A DNA stretch of 23,839 nt from a candidate division WOR-3 bacterium (lineage in GTDB: Bacteria; Hydrothermota; Tepidihabitantia; Tepidihabitantales; Tepidihabitantaceae). The translations under genes were made by a program, and so were the position numbers. A model generated the notes under the pieces. That model was not told the origin of the DNA. It made no database searches and saw only the letters and a list, made by a program, of their open reading frames with translations. Below are positions 1 through 8,523 of this stretch, piece by piece (position 1 is the first letter of the stretch; each line of letters opens with the position of its first letter). Location: positions 292 through 24,130 of the forward strand of contig JBDRUH010000019.1 in NCBI GenBank assembly GCA_039801225.1, given 5' to 3'.

Positions 1-108
1 TTAACCGGTGTTTGCTGGAAGGCCGGTCTACCACCTGATGCCTGGAAAGAACCGGATGCTGAACTTTATGTTTTTACCGGTCAGGTCTTTGGCGAGAAGA
101 AAAAATAA
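1..108 (+). CDS. 3' end (partial) of AMMECR1-domain protein (AmmeMemoRadiSam system protein A-like)
   Basis: Frame 1 reads LTGVCWKAGLPPDAWKEPDAELYVFTGQVFGEKKK* (TAA 106-108). C-x-KAGLPxDAW...YxF...F-x-E is the typical AMMECR1 C-terminus. Not in the ORF track because it is truncated by the window edge. Confidence 0.8.
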   Translation, partial: LTGVCWKAGLPPDAWKEPDAELYVFTGQVFGEKKK

Positions 109-120
109 AAAGGAGAACAA

Positions 121-3100
121 ATGAAAAGGATAATTTTTCTGTTAATAACCGGTCTGGTCGCTGGAGGATTTGGTGAATGGTGGCAAATTACCACCCCAAA
201 CCCCACCCCGCCAGCCCTAACAATAAAACCTGAAGGCAATAATGCCACGACAATTGAGGTCAAGATTTCTGGATTGGAAATGACCACCGAAGTCCGGGAA
301 AATCAAACCTGGACCATTTTGCGGCTTATAAACGAACCCGCGGTAACTGGCGAAGTTGGCTTACCGCAACTACCGGTCCTCATCAAAAACCTCGCCCTGC
401 CCGACAACGCCCCGGTAACGATTGAAGTAACTGATGCCGAGTTCCAAACCATTCCTGATATTTTAGTCTATCCCGCTCAGAAGCCGCTAACCGACCGCGC
501 CCAACCTGAATGGCAGATTAACCAACAGTTCTACACCACCGACCAGGTCTATCCACAAGAGATTGCCCAAATAAAACTAAAAACCACCTGGCGGGGCTTA
601 CCATTTACCACACTAATAATCAACCCGGTCCGTTACAACCCGGCAAAAAGGGAACTTCTGGTCGCCACCCGGCTGAAGGTTAAGGTTCATCATCCCGGCA
701 TTTTTCAAAGACACCATATTGAGCCCTGGGCGCTGCCGGTCTTAAAGACCTTGATTGATAACCCGGAAAGGTTCAACCTTACCGTTGACTGGCTTACCGA
801 CCCAGGAATTCGCTATCTAATTATCGCCCATTCCAACTATACCGGTTCCTGGCTTGACAGTTTAACTAACTGGCACCAGAGGCGGGGAATACCAGTTAGG
901 GTAATTGCCAAATCATCCTGGACCGCCCAGGAGGTTAAAGACTCCATTCTCGCCGAATATAACCGTAATACCCCAAAGACTTTACGCTGGGTTTTACTTG
1001 TTGGTGAATACAATGAGGTCCCGGGTTACACCGGCTATCCGGGTGTGAGTTTCTCTGATATGTGGTATGCAGATTTAGAACCAACTGGCGGCGATAACTA
1101 TTTTGAACTGGGTATCGGCAGGTTCAGCCCCTCAAGCGTTACCGACCTTGAGAATCAGATTAAAAAGACGCTAATATTTGAGCAGAATCCACCCGGCGGC
1201 AACTGGGCAGAAAAGGCTGCCCTTGCCGCCCATAGGGAAAATTACCCGGATAAATACTCGGCCTGCACCCGTGGAATTTATCACTTCCCTTATGCTTTAT
1301 ACCGTTATACCTTTGATACGATTATGGGCGGAACCACCGGCAATAATGGAATGGTCTCTAACGCCATCAACGAAGGTCGGGTGGTAATCAACTACCGGGG
1401 ACATGGCTCAGAGTTTGACTGGTCTGGCTGGGACGCTTATGGCGAGAGCTGGACAATTGACCACATTCAAGCGCTTAACAACGACTCCTTCACCCCGGTA
1501 GTTATAAACTGCTGCTGTCTCAACCATGTCATATCCTACTCCACCTGTTTAGGTGAGGCGTGGCTGAGAAAATATCCGGGTGGTGCGGTCGCCTCACTCG
1601 GTGCTACTGAGCCTTCCTTTACCATTCCCAATCACGCCTGGGACTCAATCATCTTCCGTTCCTTAGGCGACACATTTACGATTAAGGTCCCCGGAGTCCG
1701 CAACTACACCTGCCCAACCTATGACCTGGGCTGGATACTCTGCAACGCCAACGCCTATGTGGAAAAATTCTATGCCTACCAAGGTGGCACAGAAAACGCT
1801 CAGATGTATCTCTGGCTCGGTGACCCAGCCCTAACCGTCTGGACCGGTCCATTAGTAAACGCCAGTGTCAACCATCCGTCAGTTGTCCCGCTCGGACCGT
1901 ATCAACTCCAGGTTACCGTAAATAAACAGGGAAATCCGGTAAAGGATGCCTTAGTTTGTGCCTCTAAACAGGGTGATTTCTATGAGTTTGGCTACACCAA
2001 TAATAATGGTCAAGTTAGCCTGTCAATTAACGCAACAACACCTGGCGAGTTTTCATTGGTGGTAAGCGGTCAGGGCTTTAAACCCTATCAAGGAACCATC
2101 CTTGCCCTCTCGCCCAATACCCCCTATGTGGTTTACCACCGTTCAATTATTGACGATGCGCCACCCGGTGGTAATGGCGATGCTAATATCAATCCTAATG
2201 AGGCGATTAACCTGCCGGTCTGGGTTAAGAATTTCGGCGACTCCACCGGCAGGTCGGTTATCGGCAAGTTAAGCACCCCGGACCCGTTCATCACTCTTAC
2301 CGACTCTGTCAAAGATTTTGGCGATGTTTTGGGACATGACTCCGCCTGGACCGGCAATAATGGGTTCAAATTCAATGTGGCACCCGCCTGCACCAATGGA
2401 CATAAAATATCTTTCACCCTTTCCTGCCGGGATAGTAAAGACTCATTATGGCTGTCTTATTTCTCCCTCCGGGTTGGTGCGCCCGAACTTGAGTATGCCG
2501 GTATTGTGGTCCTTGACACCGCCCAGGGTGGCAACCGAAACTTTAAACTTGACCCGGGCGAGAGTGCGGACCTCCTTATTGCGTTGCGCAACACTGGCTT
2601 TGGCAATGCCAATAATGTTAATGCCCTACTCCGTTCCGGCGACTCCCGCCTGATTGTCAATGACTCAACCGGCTTATATGAAGAGATAATGCCCGAAAGC
2701 ACCAAGACAAACGCACTAGACCGCTACCGGGTAACTACCCTAAAAATGCCAATGGAAACCTCTATCCCTTGTACCCTTTATCTCACCGCTCAGGGTGGCT
2801 ATACCAAACTGCTCCCCTTCACAATTCTTGTCGGTGAAATACGCATCTGTGACCCGATACCTGACACCGGTGGAACAACGACAAACCTCTGGGCTTATGA
2901 CGATATTGACACCTTTTATCAGAAACATCCGGAATTTGAATGGGTGGAAATCAGAGACTTAGGCACAAAACTTAACCTAAGCGATGACCAGACGGTGCAA
3001 ATAACCCTCCCCGCTTCGTTTGGACCTTTTATCTTCTACGGTCAGAGTTATGACAAAATTTCCATCTGTTCCAACGGCTGGATTACACCCGGTCAAACTA

Positions 3101-3810
3101 CGGTCAACTATTGGACAAACGACTCCTTCCCCAACCCAAAAATCCCCCGCCTTTTAGCGGTAAACTGGGACGATTGGAACCCCCAGAAAGGTGGTGGCGT
3201 CTGGTATTATTATGACAGCCTCAACCATCGCTTCATTGTTGAGTGGGATTCAATATGTTATGTCAATAGTTCTGAATGGGACAAATTCCAGATTATCCTC
3301 TATGATACGACAACGACCGATGGCGATTGTGAGTTCAAATTCCAGTATCTCACCGCCAACCGCACTTACTCATCAACAATCGGTGAACAGGACCATACCG
3401 CCACCCGCTACATTCAGGTGGTTTACAATGACAACTATCACCGTGGCGCCGCACCAATTACTCCTCAGAGGGCGATTCTCTTCTCTCCGGTGAGCCCAAT
3501 AGCGGTAAAAGAGCCAAAAGCCTTTCAACTACCGCAACGACTTCTCTTTAGCCTGGCACCCAATCCGGTTTTTCAGAAAGGTACCATCAATTATCAAATA
3601 CCCGTGCCTGGCAAGGTAAAACTGACGCTCTACGACCCGGCGGGTAGACTAATTCGCACTCTTGTCCAATCCCAACTCCCTGCCGGAAGTTATTCAGTGG
3701 TGTGGGATGGCAAAGATGACAATAAAAGAGAAGTTGCCAATGGCATCTATATCCTCCGCCTTGAAGCACCAAACGGCGCTGCGACAATTAAAACGGTCTT
3801 AATTCGTTAG
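121..3810 (+). CDS. Secreted C25-family (gingipain-like) cysteine peptidase with propeptide, Ig-like repeats and C-terminal FlgD-Ig/T9SS type A-like domain
   Basis: AGGAG RBS at 111-115; N-terminal signal peptide; propeptide-like GLPQLP...YPAQ; C25 motifs VLLVG, SDMWY, IGRF, NYRGHG (catalytic His), NCCCLN (catalytic Cys), LGDPAL; C-terminal PNP...INYQIP...LYDPAGRLIRTL...WDGKD...GIYILRL. Confidence 0.9.
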   Translation: MKRIIFLLITGLVAGGFGEWWQITTPNPTPPALTIKPEGNNATTIEVKISGLEMTTEVRENQTWTILRLINEPAVTGEVGLPQLPVLIKNLALPDNAPVTIEVTDAEFQTIPDILVYPAQKPLTDRAQPEWQINQQFYTTDQVYPQEIAQIKLKTTWRGLPFTTLIINPVRYNPAKRELLVATRLKVKVHHPGIFQRHHIEPWALPVLKTLIDNPERFNLTVDWLTDPGIRYLIIAHSNYTGSWLDSLTNWHQRRGIPVRVIAKSSWTAQEVKDSILAEYNRNTPKTLRWVLLVGEYNEVPGYTGYPGVSFSDMWYADLEPTGGDNYFELGIGRFSPSSVTDLENQIKKTLIFEQNPPGGNWAEKAALAAHRENYPDKYSACTRGIYHFPYALYRYTFDTIMGGTTGNNGMVSNAINEGRVVINYRGHGSEFDWSGWDAYGESWTIDHIQALNNDSFTPVVINCCCLNHVISYSTCLGEAWLRKYPGGAVASLGATEPSFTIPNHAWDSIIFRSLGDTFTIKVPGVRNYTCPTYDLGWILCNANAYVEKFYAYQGGTENAQMYLWLGDPALTVWTGPLVNASVNHPSVVPLGPYQLQVTVNKQGNPVKDALVCASKQGDFYEFGYTNNNGQVSLSINATTPGEFSLVVSGQGFKPYQGTILALSPNTPYVVYHRSIIDDAPPGGNGDANINPNEAINLPVWVKNFGDSTGRSVIGKLSTPDPFITLTDSVKDFGDVLGHDSAWTGNNGFKFNVAPACTNGHKISFTLSCRDSKDSLWLSYFSLRVGAPELEYAGIVVLDTAQGGNRNFKLDPGESADLLIALRNTGFGNANNVNALLRSGDSRLIVNDSTGLYEEIMPESTKTNALDRYRVTTLKMPMETSIPCTLYLTAQGGYTKLLPFTILVGEIRICDPIPDTGGTTTNLWAYDDIDTFYQKHPEFEWVEIRDLGTKLNLSDDQTVQITLPASFGPFIFYGQSYDKISICSNGWITPGQTTVNYWTNDSFPNPKIPRLLAVNWDDWNPQKGGGVWYYYDSLNHRFIVEWDSICYVNSSEWDKFQIILYDTTTTDGDCEFKFQYLTANRTYSSTIGEQDHTATRYIQVVYNDNYHRGAAPITPQRAILFSPVSPIAVKEPKAFQLPQRLLFSLAPNPVFQKGTINYQIPVPGKVKLTLYDPAGRLIRTLVQSQLPAGSYSVVWDGKDDNKREVANGIYILRLEAPNGAATIKTVLIR

Positions 3811-3970
3811 TGTAAATGTGCACACTTATACACACATTAGATTGGAGGTTAAACTGATTTAAGTTATTGTTATATATGATGTTAGTGAATTAAGATTAAG
3901 ACAGCACCCCGAGCCCGGGGCATACCCCACCGCCGACTTGGTAGTTGCTTTCTATACTTTGGGAGATGGA

Positions 3971-4012
3971 AGTCAAATGTCAAAGATCAAAAGTCAAAAG
4001 CCAAATTTCAAA
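3971..4012 (+). repeat. Six-unit 7-bp tandem array (NNYCAAA)
   Basis: agtcaaa tgtcaaa gatcaaa agtcaaa agccaaa tttcaaa. Inverted counterpart tttgcat tttgaat at 4140-4153. Confidence 0.8.
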
Positions 4013-4040
4013 TCTCTTAGATTCTTCGTTTTGACCCCTT

Positions 4041-4107
4041 GGCTCGGTCATTCCGACCGAGCCCCCTCGCCCCCCCGTCATTGCGACCCGAATCGGGGAA
4101 GCAATCT
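4041..4107. repeat. Two REP-like GTCATT(C/G)CGA hairpins
   Basis: Perfect 9-bp stem GGCTCGGTC-attcc-GACCGAGCC (4041-4063), then GTCATTGCGA-CCCG-aat-CGGG-GAAGCAATCT (4077-4107, ATTGC/GCAAT outer stem). The GTCATTSCGA motif recurs 30 nt apart. Lies between convergent genes and may also terminate transcription. Confidence 0.65.
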
Positions 4108-4195
4108 CCTCGCATTGGGCTCGGGGCAGGCTCTGGCAATTTGCATTTTGAATTGCTAATGGCATTTATTTATTGCGCCGGCTGGGGCAAACGGG

Positions 4196-5461
4196 TTACA
4201 GCCGGATTAACTGGCGACGGATTGACACTACTGCAACCAGAGTGAGAAAAAGGAAAATACCACTGACCGACAGAGCAAATGGCACCCCTTTCATCTGTGC
4301 CAGGGCGCCAGCAATAAGACTGCCCAAGGGAAACATACCGTTAAAGAAAAGGTTGAACACGCTCATTACCCGACCCCGGATATAATCCGGTGATAAGGTT
4401 TGAATCAGAGTGTTAGTGAGTGATGCGATGCTTGTCTGGCAGAAGCCGATAAGTAAAAGCAAAATAAAGCCCAGAATGGGGTTGCGGACAAATGAGAAGA
4501 TAATGACTAAAATACCTAACATACCGGTGCCGGCAAAAAGGATTTTCCCCCGATGACGGGTGCGGCTTATGGTCGCCAAGGTCAACCCGCCGGTAACCGC
4601 ACCAGCACCAAGCGCAGTCATCATCAGTCCATAGCCTTGGACGCCGATATGGAGCATATTCCGGGCAATAACCGGCATAAGCGGAATGTAGCAGATGCCA
4701 AACGAGGAGAAAACCCCGATCATTACCATTAACAGCCTGATGTCAGGATGGTTTTTTACAAACAGGAGTCCGGAGATGAGGCGCTGCCTAAAAGGTTCGT
4801 CGGCTCTCGGTGGCGGTGGGGTATTTAGCCGGATAAAGTAAAGAGCGACGATGATGGCGAGAAAACTGAGGGAGTTAATTCCAAAGCAGGTGGCAGGACT
4901 GGTAAATGTTAAAAGTGAACCGGCGATTGCCGGTCCAATCATCCTTGCGATGTTAAACATTGCCGAGTTTAGAGCAATGGCGTTAAGAATGTCCTCTCTG
5001 CCAACCAGTTCCGGCACCAGAGTCTGAGCAACCGGCGCATTCAGGGCAACGAACACCCCGGCAAAAGCCGATATAAAAAGTATGTGATAAATGGTGACGA
5101 CCTTTGTCCAAACAAAGATGGCGAGCAAAAGCGCAAAGAAGGCAAGCGCCGACTGGGTTAATATCATCAGGTTGCGTTTGTTAAACCGGTCGGCAAGAAC
5201 ACCGGCAGGCAAAGACACAATCCAAACCGGCAACCAGCTGAGCGCCGAATCCAGTCCGACAAAGAAGGCGGAGTTGGTTAAAGAGAGAACGAACCACCCC
5301 TTGGCAACATTCTGCATCCAGGTTCCGATAAACGAAAAGAGCTGCCCGAACCAGTAAAGCCGAAAGTTCCGGTATTGGAATGCGGTAAGTGTTAAAGGCA
5401 ATCTGATGAAAACCGCTCTTCCGGATAACTCTGATGAATTCTTACCTTCAAGGTTACTCAA
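4196..5461 (-). CDS. MFS transporter (MFS_3 / transmembrane secretion effector, DUF894-like)
   Basis: 421 aa hydrophobic protein; AFQYRNFRLYWFGQLFSFIGTWMQ family N-terminus; motif A GVLADRFNKR; NAIALNSAMFNIARMIGPA; C-terminal PDYIRGRVMS. TTG start is uncertain. Confidence 0.9.
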   Translation of the reverse strand: MSNLEGKNSSELSGRAVFIRLPLTLTAFQYRNFRLYWFGQLFSFIGTWMQNVAKGWFVLSLTNSAFFVGLDSALSWLPVWIVSLPAGVLADRFNKRNLMILTQSALAFFALLLAIFVWTKVVTIYHILFISAFAGVFVALNAPVAQTLVPELVGREDILNAIALNSAMFNIARMIGPAIAGSLLTFTSPATCFGINSLSFLAIIVALYFIRLNTPPPPRADEPFRQRLISGLLFVKNHPDIRLLMVMIGVFSSFGICYIPLMPVIARNMLHIGVQGYGLMMTALGAGAVTGGLTLATISRTRHRGKILFAGTGMLGILVIIFSFVRNPILGFILLLLIGFCQTSIASLTNTLIQTLSPDYIRGRVMSVFNLFFNGMFPLGSLIAGALAQMKGVPFALSVSGIFLFLTLVAVVSIRRQLIRL

Positions 5462-5468
5462 ATTGAGT

Positions 5469-5497
5469 ATTTTATTAAAACGATGCTAATATGTAAA
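5469..5497 (-). promoter_or_regulatory. Putative sigma70 promoter for the MFS gene
   Basis: Minus strand TTTACA (5497-5492), 17 nt, TAAAAT (5474-5469), 7 nt before the TTG at 5461. Confidence 0.5.
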
Positions 5498-5548
5498 TAG
5501 ATAACAACCCATAACCCAAATATTCTCTCTCGGTCAAGCCTCATTTCC

Positions 5549-5577
5549 TTGACCGTTATAAATTAAAGCCTTATAAT
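5549..5577 (+). promoter_or_regulatory. sigma70 promoter for the trpS operon
   Basis: TTGACC (5549-5554), 17 nt, TATAAT (5572-5577), 9 nt before ATG 5587. Confidence 0.75.
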
Positions 5578-5586
5578 CGGATAGCA

Positions 5587-6579
5587 ATGGAAAAGAAGCG
5601 TATTCTCACCGGCGACCGCCCCACCGGACCGCTCCATTTAGGACATTATGTCGGTTCGGTCGCCCAGCGGGTAAAATTTCAAGACACTTATGACACATTT
5701 ATCATCATTGCCGACATTCAAGCGTTGACCACCAACTTTGACCGACCCGAACGCCTGCGGGAGGATGTGCTGAATGTAACTCTGGATAATTTGGCTTGTG
5801 GTGTTGACCCGAAAAAGGCAACTATATTTATCCAATCAATGGTTCCCGCGATTGCCGAACTTACCTCAATTTATTCCAACCTGGTAACCGTCCAGCAACT
5901 TTCCCATAACCCGACGATTAAGACCGAAGCCGCGCAGTATCACTATGAAGAGTCAATGCCCTATGGATTTTTGGGTTATCCGGTGAGTCAAGCGGCAGAT
6001 ATCACCTTCTGCCGGGCACACCTCGTGCCGGTCGGCGACGACCAGGCACCCCATATTGAATTAACCCGTAAGATTGTGAGGAAGTTTAATGCGATTTACG
6101 CACCAGTTTTCCCGGAACCGGAGGGGATTTTTACCCCCAGGTTGATCGGGCTTGATGGCAACACCAAGATGTCTAAAAGTCTGGGGAATGCGATATATCT
6201 CTCTGACCCGCCTGACGAGGTAAAGAAGAAGGTCAGTAGCGCGGTTACTGACCCGGCAAGAATTCATCCCACCGACTTAGGACATCCTGAGGTATGTGTG
6301 GTGTTTGCCTACCATAAGACTTTCAACCAGTCAGAAGTGGCAGATATTGAATTGCGATGCCGTCAAGGGAAATTGGGCTGCGTTCCCTGCAAAAAACTCC
6401 TCTCCGATGTCCTGAACCGTTTCCTTGAGCCAATTCGCACCCGACGGCTGGAACTCTCAAAAGACCTTTCTTTAGTCTGGGACATCCTTAAGAAAGGAAC
6501 AGAGCGGGCGCGCAAGGAGGGTGAGAAGACGATGGCTTTGGTGCGCCAGGCGATGAAAATTGGCTATTTCCCCGGGTGA
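5587..6579 (+). CDS. trpS: Tryptophan--tRNA ligase
   Basis: ILTGDRPTGPLHLGHY (HIGH-type motif), YPVSQAADI, VPVGDDQAPH, KMSKS. Confidence 0.97.
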   Translation: MEKKRILTGDRPTGPLHLGHYVGSVAQRVKFQDTYDTFIIIADIQALTTNFDRPERLREDVLNVTLDNLACGVDPKKATIFIQSMVPAIAELTSIYSNLVTVQQLSHNPTIKTEAAQYHYEESMPYGFLGYPVSQAADITFCRAHLVPVGDDQAPHIELTRKIVRKFNAIYAPVFPEPEGIFTPRLIGLDGNTKMSKSLGNAIYLSDPPDEVKKKVSSAVTDPARIHPTDLGHPEVCVVFAYHKTFNQSEVADIELRCRQGKLGCVPCKKLLSDVLNRFLEPIRTRRLELSKDLSLVWDILKKGTERARKEGEKTMALVRQAMKIGYFPG

Positions 6580-6593
6580 TTGTTAGAGTAGGT

Positions 6594-7304
6594 ATGGGGA
6601 GAAACGAAAGGGCAGAATGTAACTATGGCATTGTTCTGGCTGCGGGAAGGGGAAGGCGATTTGGTGGATTGAAACAGTTTGTGCCGGTGCGCGGTAAGCC
6701 ACTCTTCTTTTATAGCCTTAAGGCGTTTGAGAACTGCCCGGTGGTAACCGGTTTTGTCATTGTTACTAACCGGTCCCGGGTGAATCAGGTTAAAAGATGG
6801 GTGAAACGATGGCGATTTAAAAAGGTTATCGCAGTTGTTGCTGGTGGTGCGGAAAGAATGGATTCGGTGGAAAACGGGATTTTCGCCCTGCCGGAAAATG
6901 GGTATGTAGCAATTCACGACGGCGTAAGACCGTTCATTAAACCGGAGATGCTCACGATAGGGTTTCGGATGTGCCAAAAATTTCCCGCGGTGGCGTTCGG
7001 CGTTCCGGTGACCGACACACTTAAAGAGGTGGTTGCCAATCGCATTACCCAGACCATTGACCGCTCCGGATTGGTAGCAATTCATACCCCCCAGTTTTTC
7101 GCTCTAAATCTGATTCGCCGTGCCTATGCCCAAGCCCGTAACCAGAAAATTACCGCCTCGGACGACTGCGAACTGGTCCAGCGATTAGGCATCTCGCCCC
7201 GTTTCCTCCTCGGTTCTTCACTAAATATTAAAGTAACGACTAGGGATGACCTGAATCTGTGCCAGGCGCTTTTGTCTTGGACCTCCTTGAGAAGAAAACC
7301 TTAG
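6594..7304 (+). CDS. ispD: 2-C-methyl-D-erythritol 4-phosphate cytidylyltransferase
   Basis: LAAGRGRRFGGLKQF, GGAERMDSV, IHDGVRP, TPQFF, NIKVTT. ATG 6594 chosen; GTG 6576 overlapping the trpS stop is the alternative. Confidence 0.92.
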   Translation: MGRNERAECNYGIVLAAGRGRRFGGLKQFVPVRGKPLFFYSLKAFENCPVVTGFVIVTNRSRVNQVKRWVKRWRFKKVIAVVAGGAERMDSVENGIFALPENGYVAIHDGVRPFIKPEMLTIGFRMCQKFPAVAFGVPVTDTLKEVVANRITQTIDRSGLVAIHTPQFFALNLIRRAYAQARNQKITASDDCELVQRLGISPRFLLGSSLNIKVTTRDDLNLCQALLSWTSLRRKP

Positions 7305-7325
7305 TCTTAATTAAATAAAGAACTT

Positions 7326-8519
7326 ATGGGACAAACCCGGGTAGCGATTTTCGGCTCAACCGGTTCAATAGGGCGCTCGGCGCTTGAGGTTATCACCCAT
7401 CTTTCCCACCGGCTGAAACTGGTGGCAATTGCCGCCCATCGCTCAGTTGAACAAATCTGTGCCCAGGCACATCGGTATCAACCCAGCCAGGTGGTCCTCA
7501 CCGACCCGGTCGCCGCCCAAACTGCCCGCAAGATGTTAGGAACTAAATTTCAATTACTAACTGGCACCCAAGGTCTTAAGGAAGTAGTAGAGACCTCCAA
7601 CATTGACATTCTAATTATGGCAATGACCGGAACGGTTGGTTTGATTCCGGTTATGAAGGCGCTTACCCTGGGGAAGCGGGTTGCCTTAGCCACCAAGGAG
7701 ATTCTTGTTGCCTATGGCGATATCGTAATGAAAACCGCCCGTCGTTACGAGGGAGAACTCCTGCCCGTGGATTCAGAACTGACTGCCCTTTATCAGTGCC
7801 TTGATGGTAAAGAGATTAAGACCGTCCGGCGAATGATTCTTACCGCCTCAGGTGGTCCATTCTGGCAGCGGGGTCAACCCGACGATGTAAAAGTAAGTGC
7901 GGTTCTGAATCACCCTACCTGGAAAATGGGGAAAAAAATTACCGTTGACTCAGCCACAATGATGAACAAAGGTTTGGAGATAATCAGTGCCGTCCGCCTA
8001 TTCGGCGTTCCTTTCCAAAAGGTAGCAACGATTATCCATCCAGAATCTATTGTCCACTCGTTGATTGAATTCCAGGACTCTTCTATTTTTGCCCAGTTGT
8101 CAACCCCGGATATGCGTTTACCGATTCACTACTGTCTCACCTATCCGGAACGCCTTCCCTCCCTGGTGAAGCCATTGCGCCTTGAGGCAATTTCCTCTTT
8201 AAGATTTTACCCTATTCCCCGCCGACAATTTCCCTGTCTTGCCTTAGCCGAGAGAGCGCTGAGAACTGGTCCACTGGCTACCTGTGTCCTAAACGCCGCC
8301 AATGAAGTTGCTGTTCAGGCATTTTTGCAAAATGAGATTGCCTTCAAATCAATACCTTCAATAATTAGAGCCACCCTGAACGCCTTTAATGCTCAACACC
8401 CAAAACTCAATACCCAGTGCCCGTCGCTCAATGCCTTAAGAAAAGTTGAAATATGGGCGCTTGACTTTGCCCGCTCTCAGGTCAATAGGCATAAACGGCA
8501 TAATAAAAATAAGGAGTAG
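7326..8519 (+). CDS. dxr: 1-deoxy-D-xylulose 5-phosphate reductoisomerase
   Basis: GSTGSIG, LTASGGPF, HPTWKMGKKITVDSATMMNKGLE, HPESIVHS, PDMRLPI, NAANEVAV. Confidence 0.96.
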   Translation: MGQTRVAIFGSTGSIGRSALEVITHLSHRLKLVAIAAHRSVEQICAQAHRYQPSQVVLTDPVAAQTARKMLGTKFQLLTGTQGLKEVVETSNIDILIMAMTGTVGLIPVMKALTLGKRVALATKEILVAYGDIVMKTARRYEGELLPVDSELTALYQCLDGKEIKTVRRMILTASGGPFWQRGQPDDVKVSAVLNHPTWKMGKKITVDSATMMNKGLEIISAVRLFGVPFQKVATIIHPESIVHSLIEFQDSSIFAQLSTPDMRLPIHYCLTYPERLPSLVKPLRLEAISSLRFYPIPRRQFPCLALAERALRTGPLATCVLNAANEVAVQAFLQNEIAFKSIPSIIRATLNAFNAQHPKLNTQCPSLNALRKVEIWALDFARSQVNRHKRHNKNKE

Positions 8520-8523
8520 AAAA

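Noticed and set aside
4175..4220. ZTP-riboswitch-like words (cgccggctggggcaa, actggcg)
   Set aside because: Wrong order, partly inside the MFS coding 3' end, and not upstream of a gene.
3938..4385. Short ORFs across the peptidase-MFS gap
   Set aside because: They translate the repeats (for example SQMSKIKSQKPNFKS from the heptamers) or overlap the MFS gene.
8446..8523. Longer rseP start from the ORF track
   Set aside because: Overlaps dxr; GTG 8524 has a strong RBS and gives the usual distance to HExxH.
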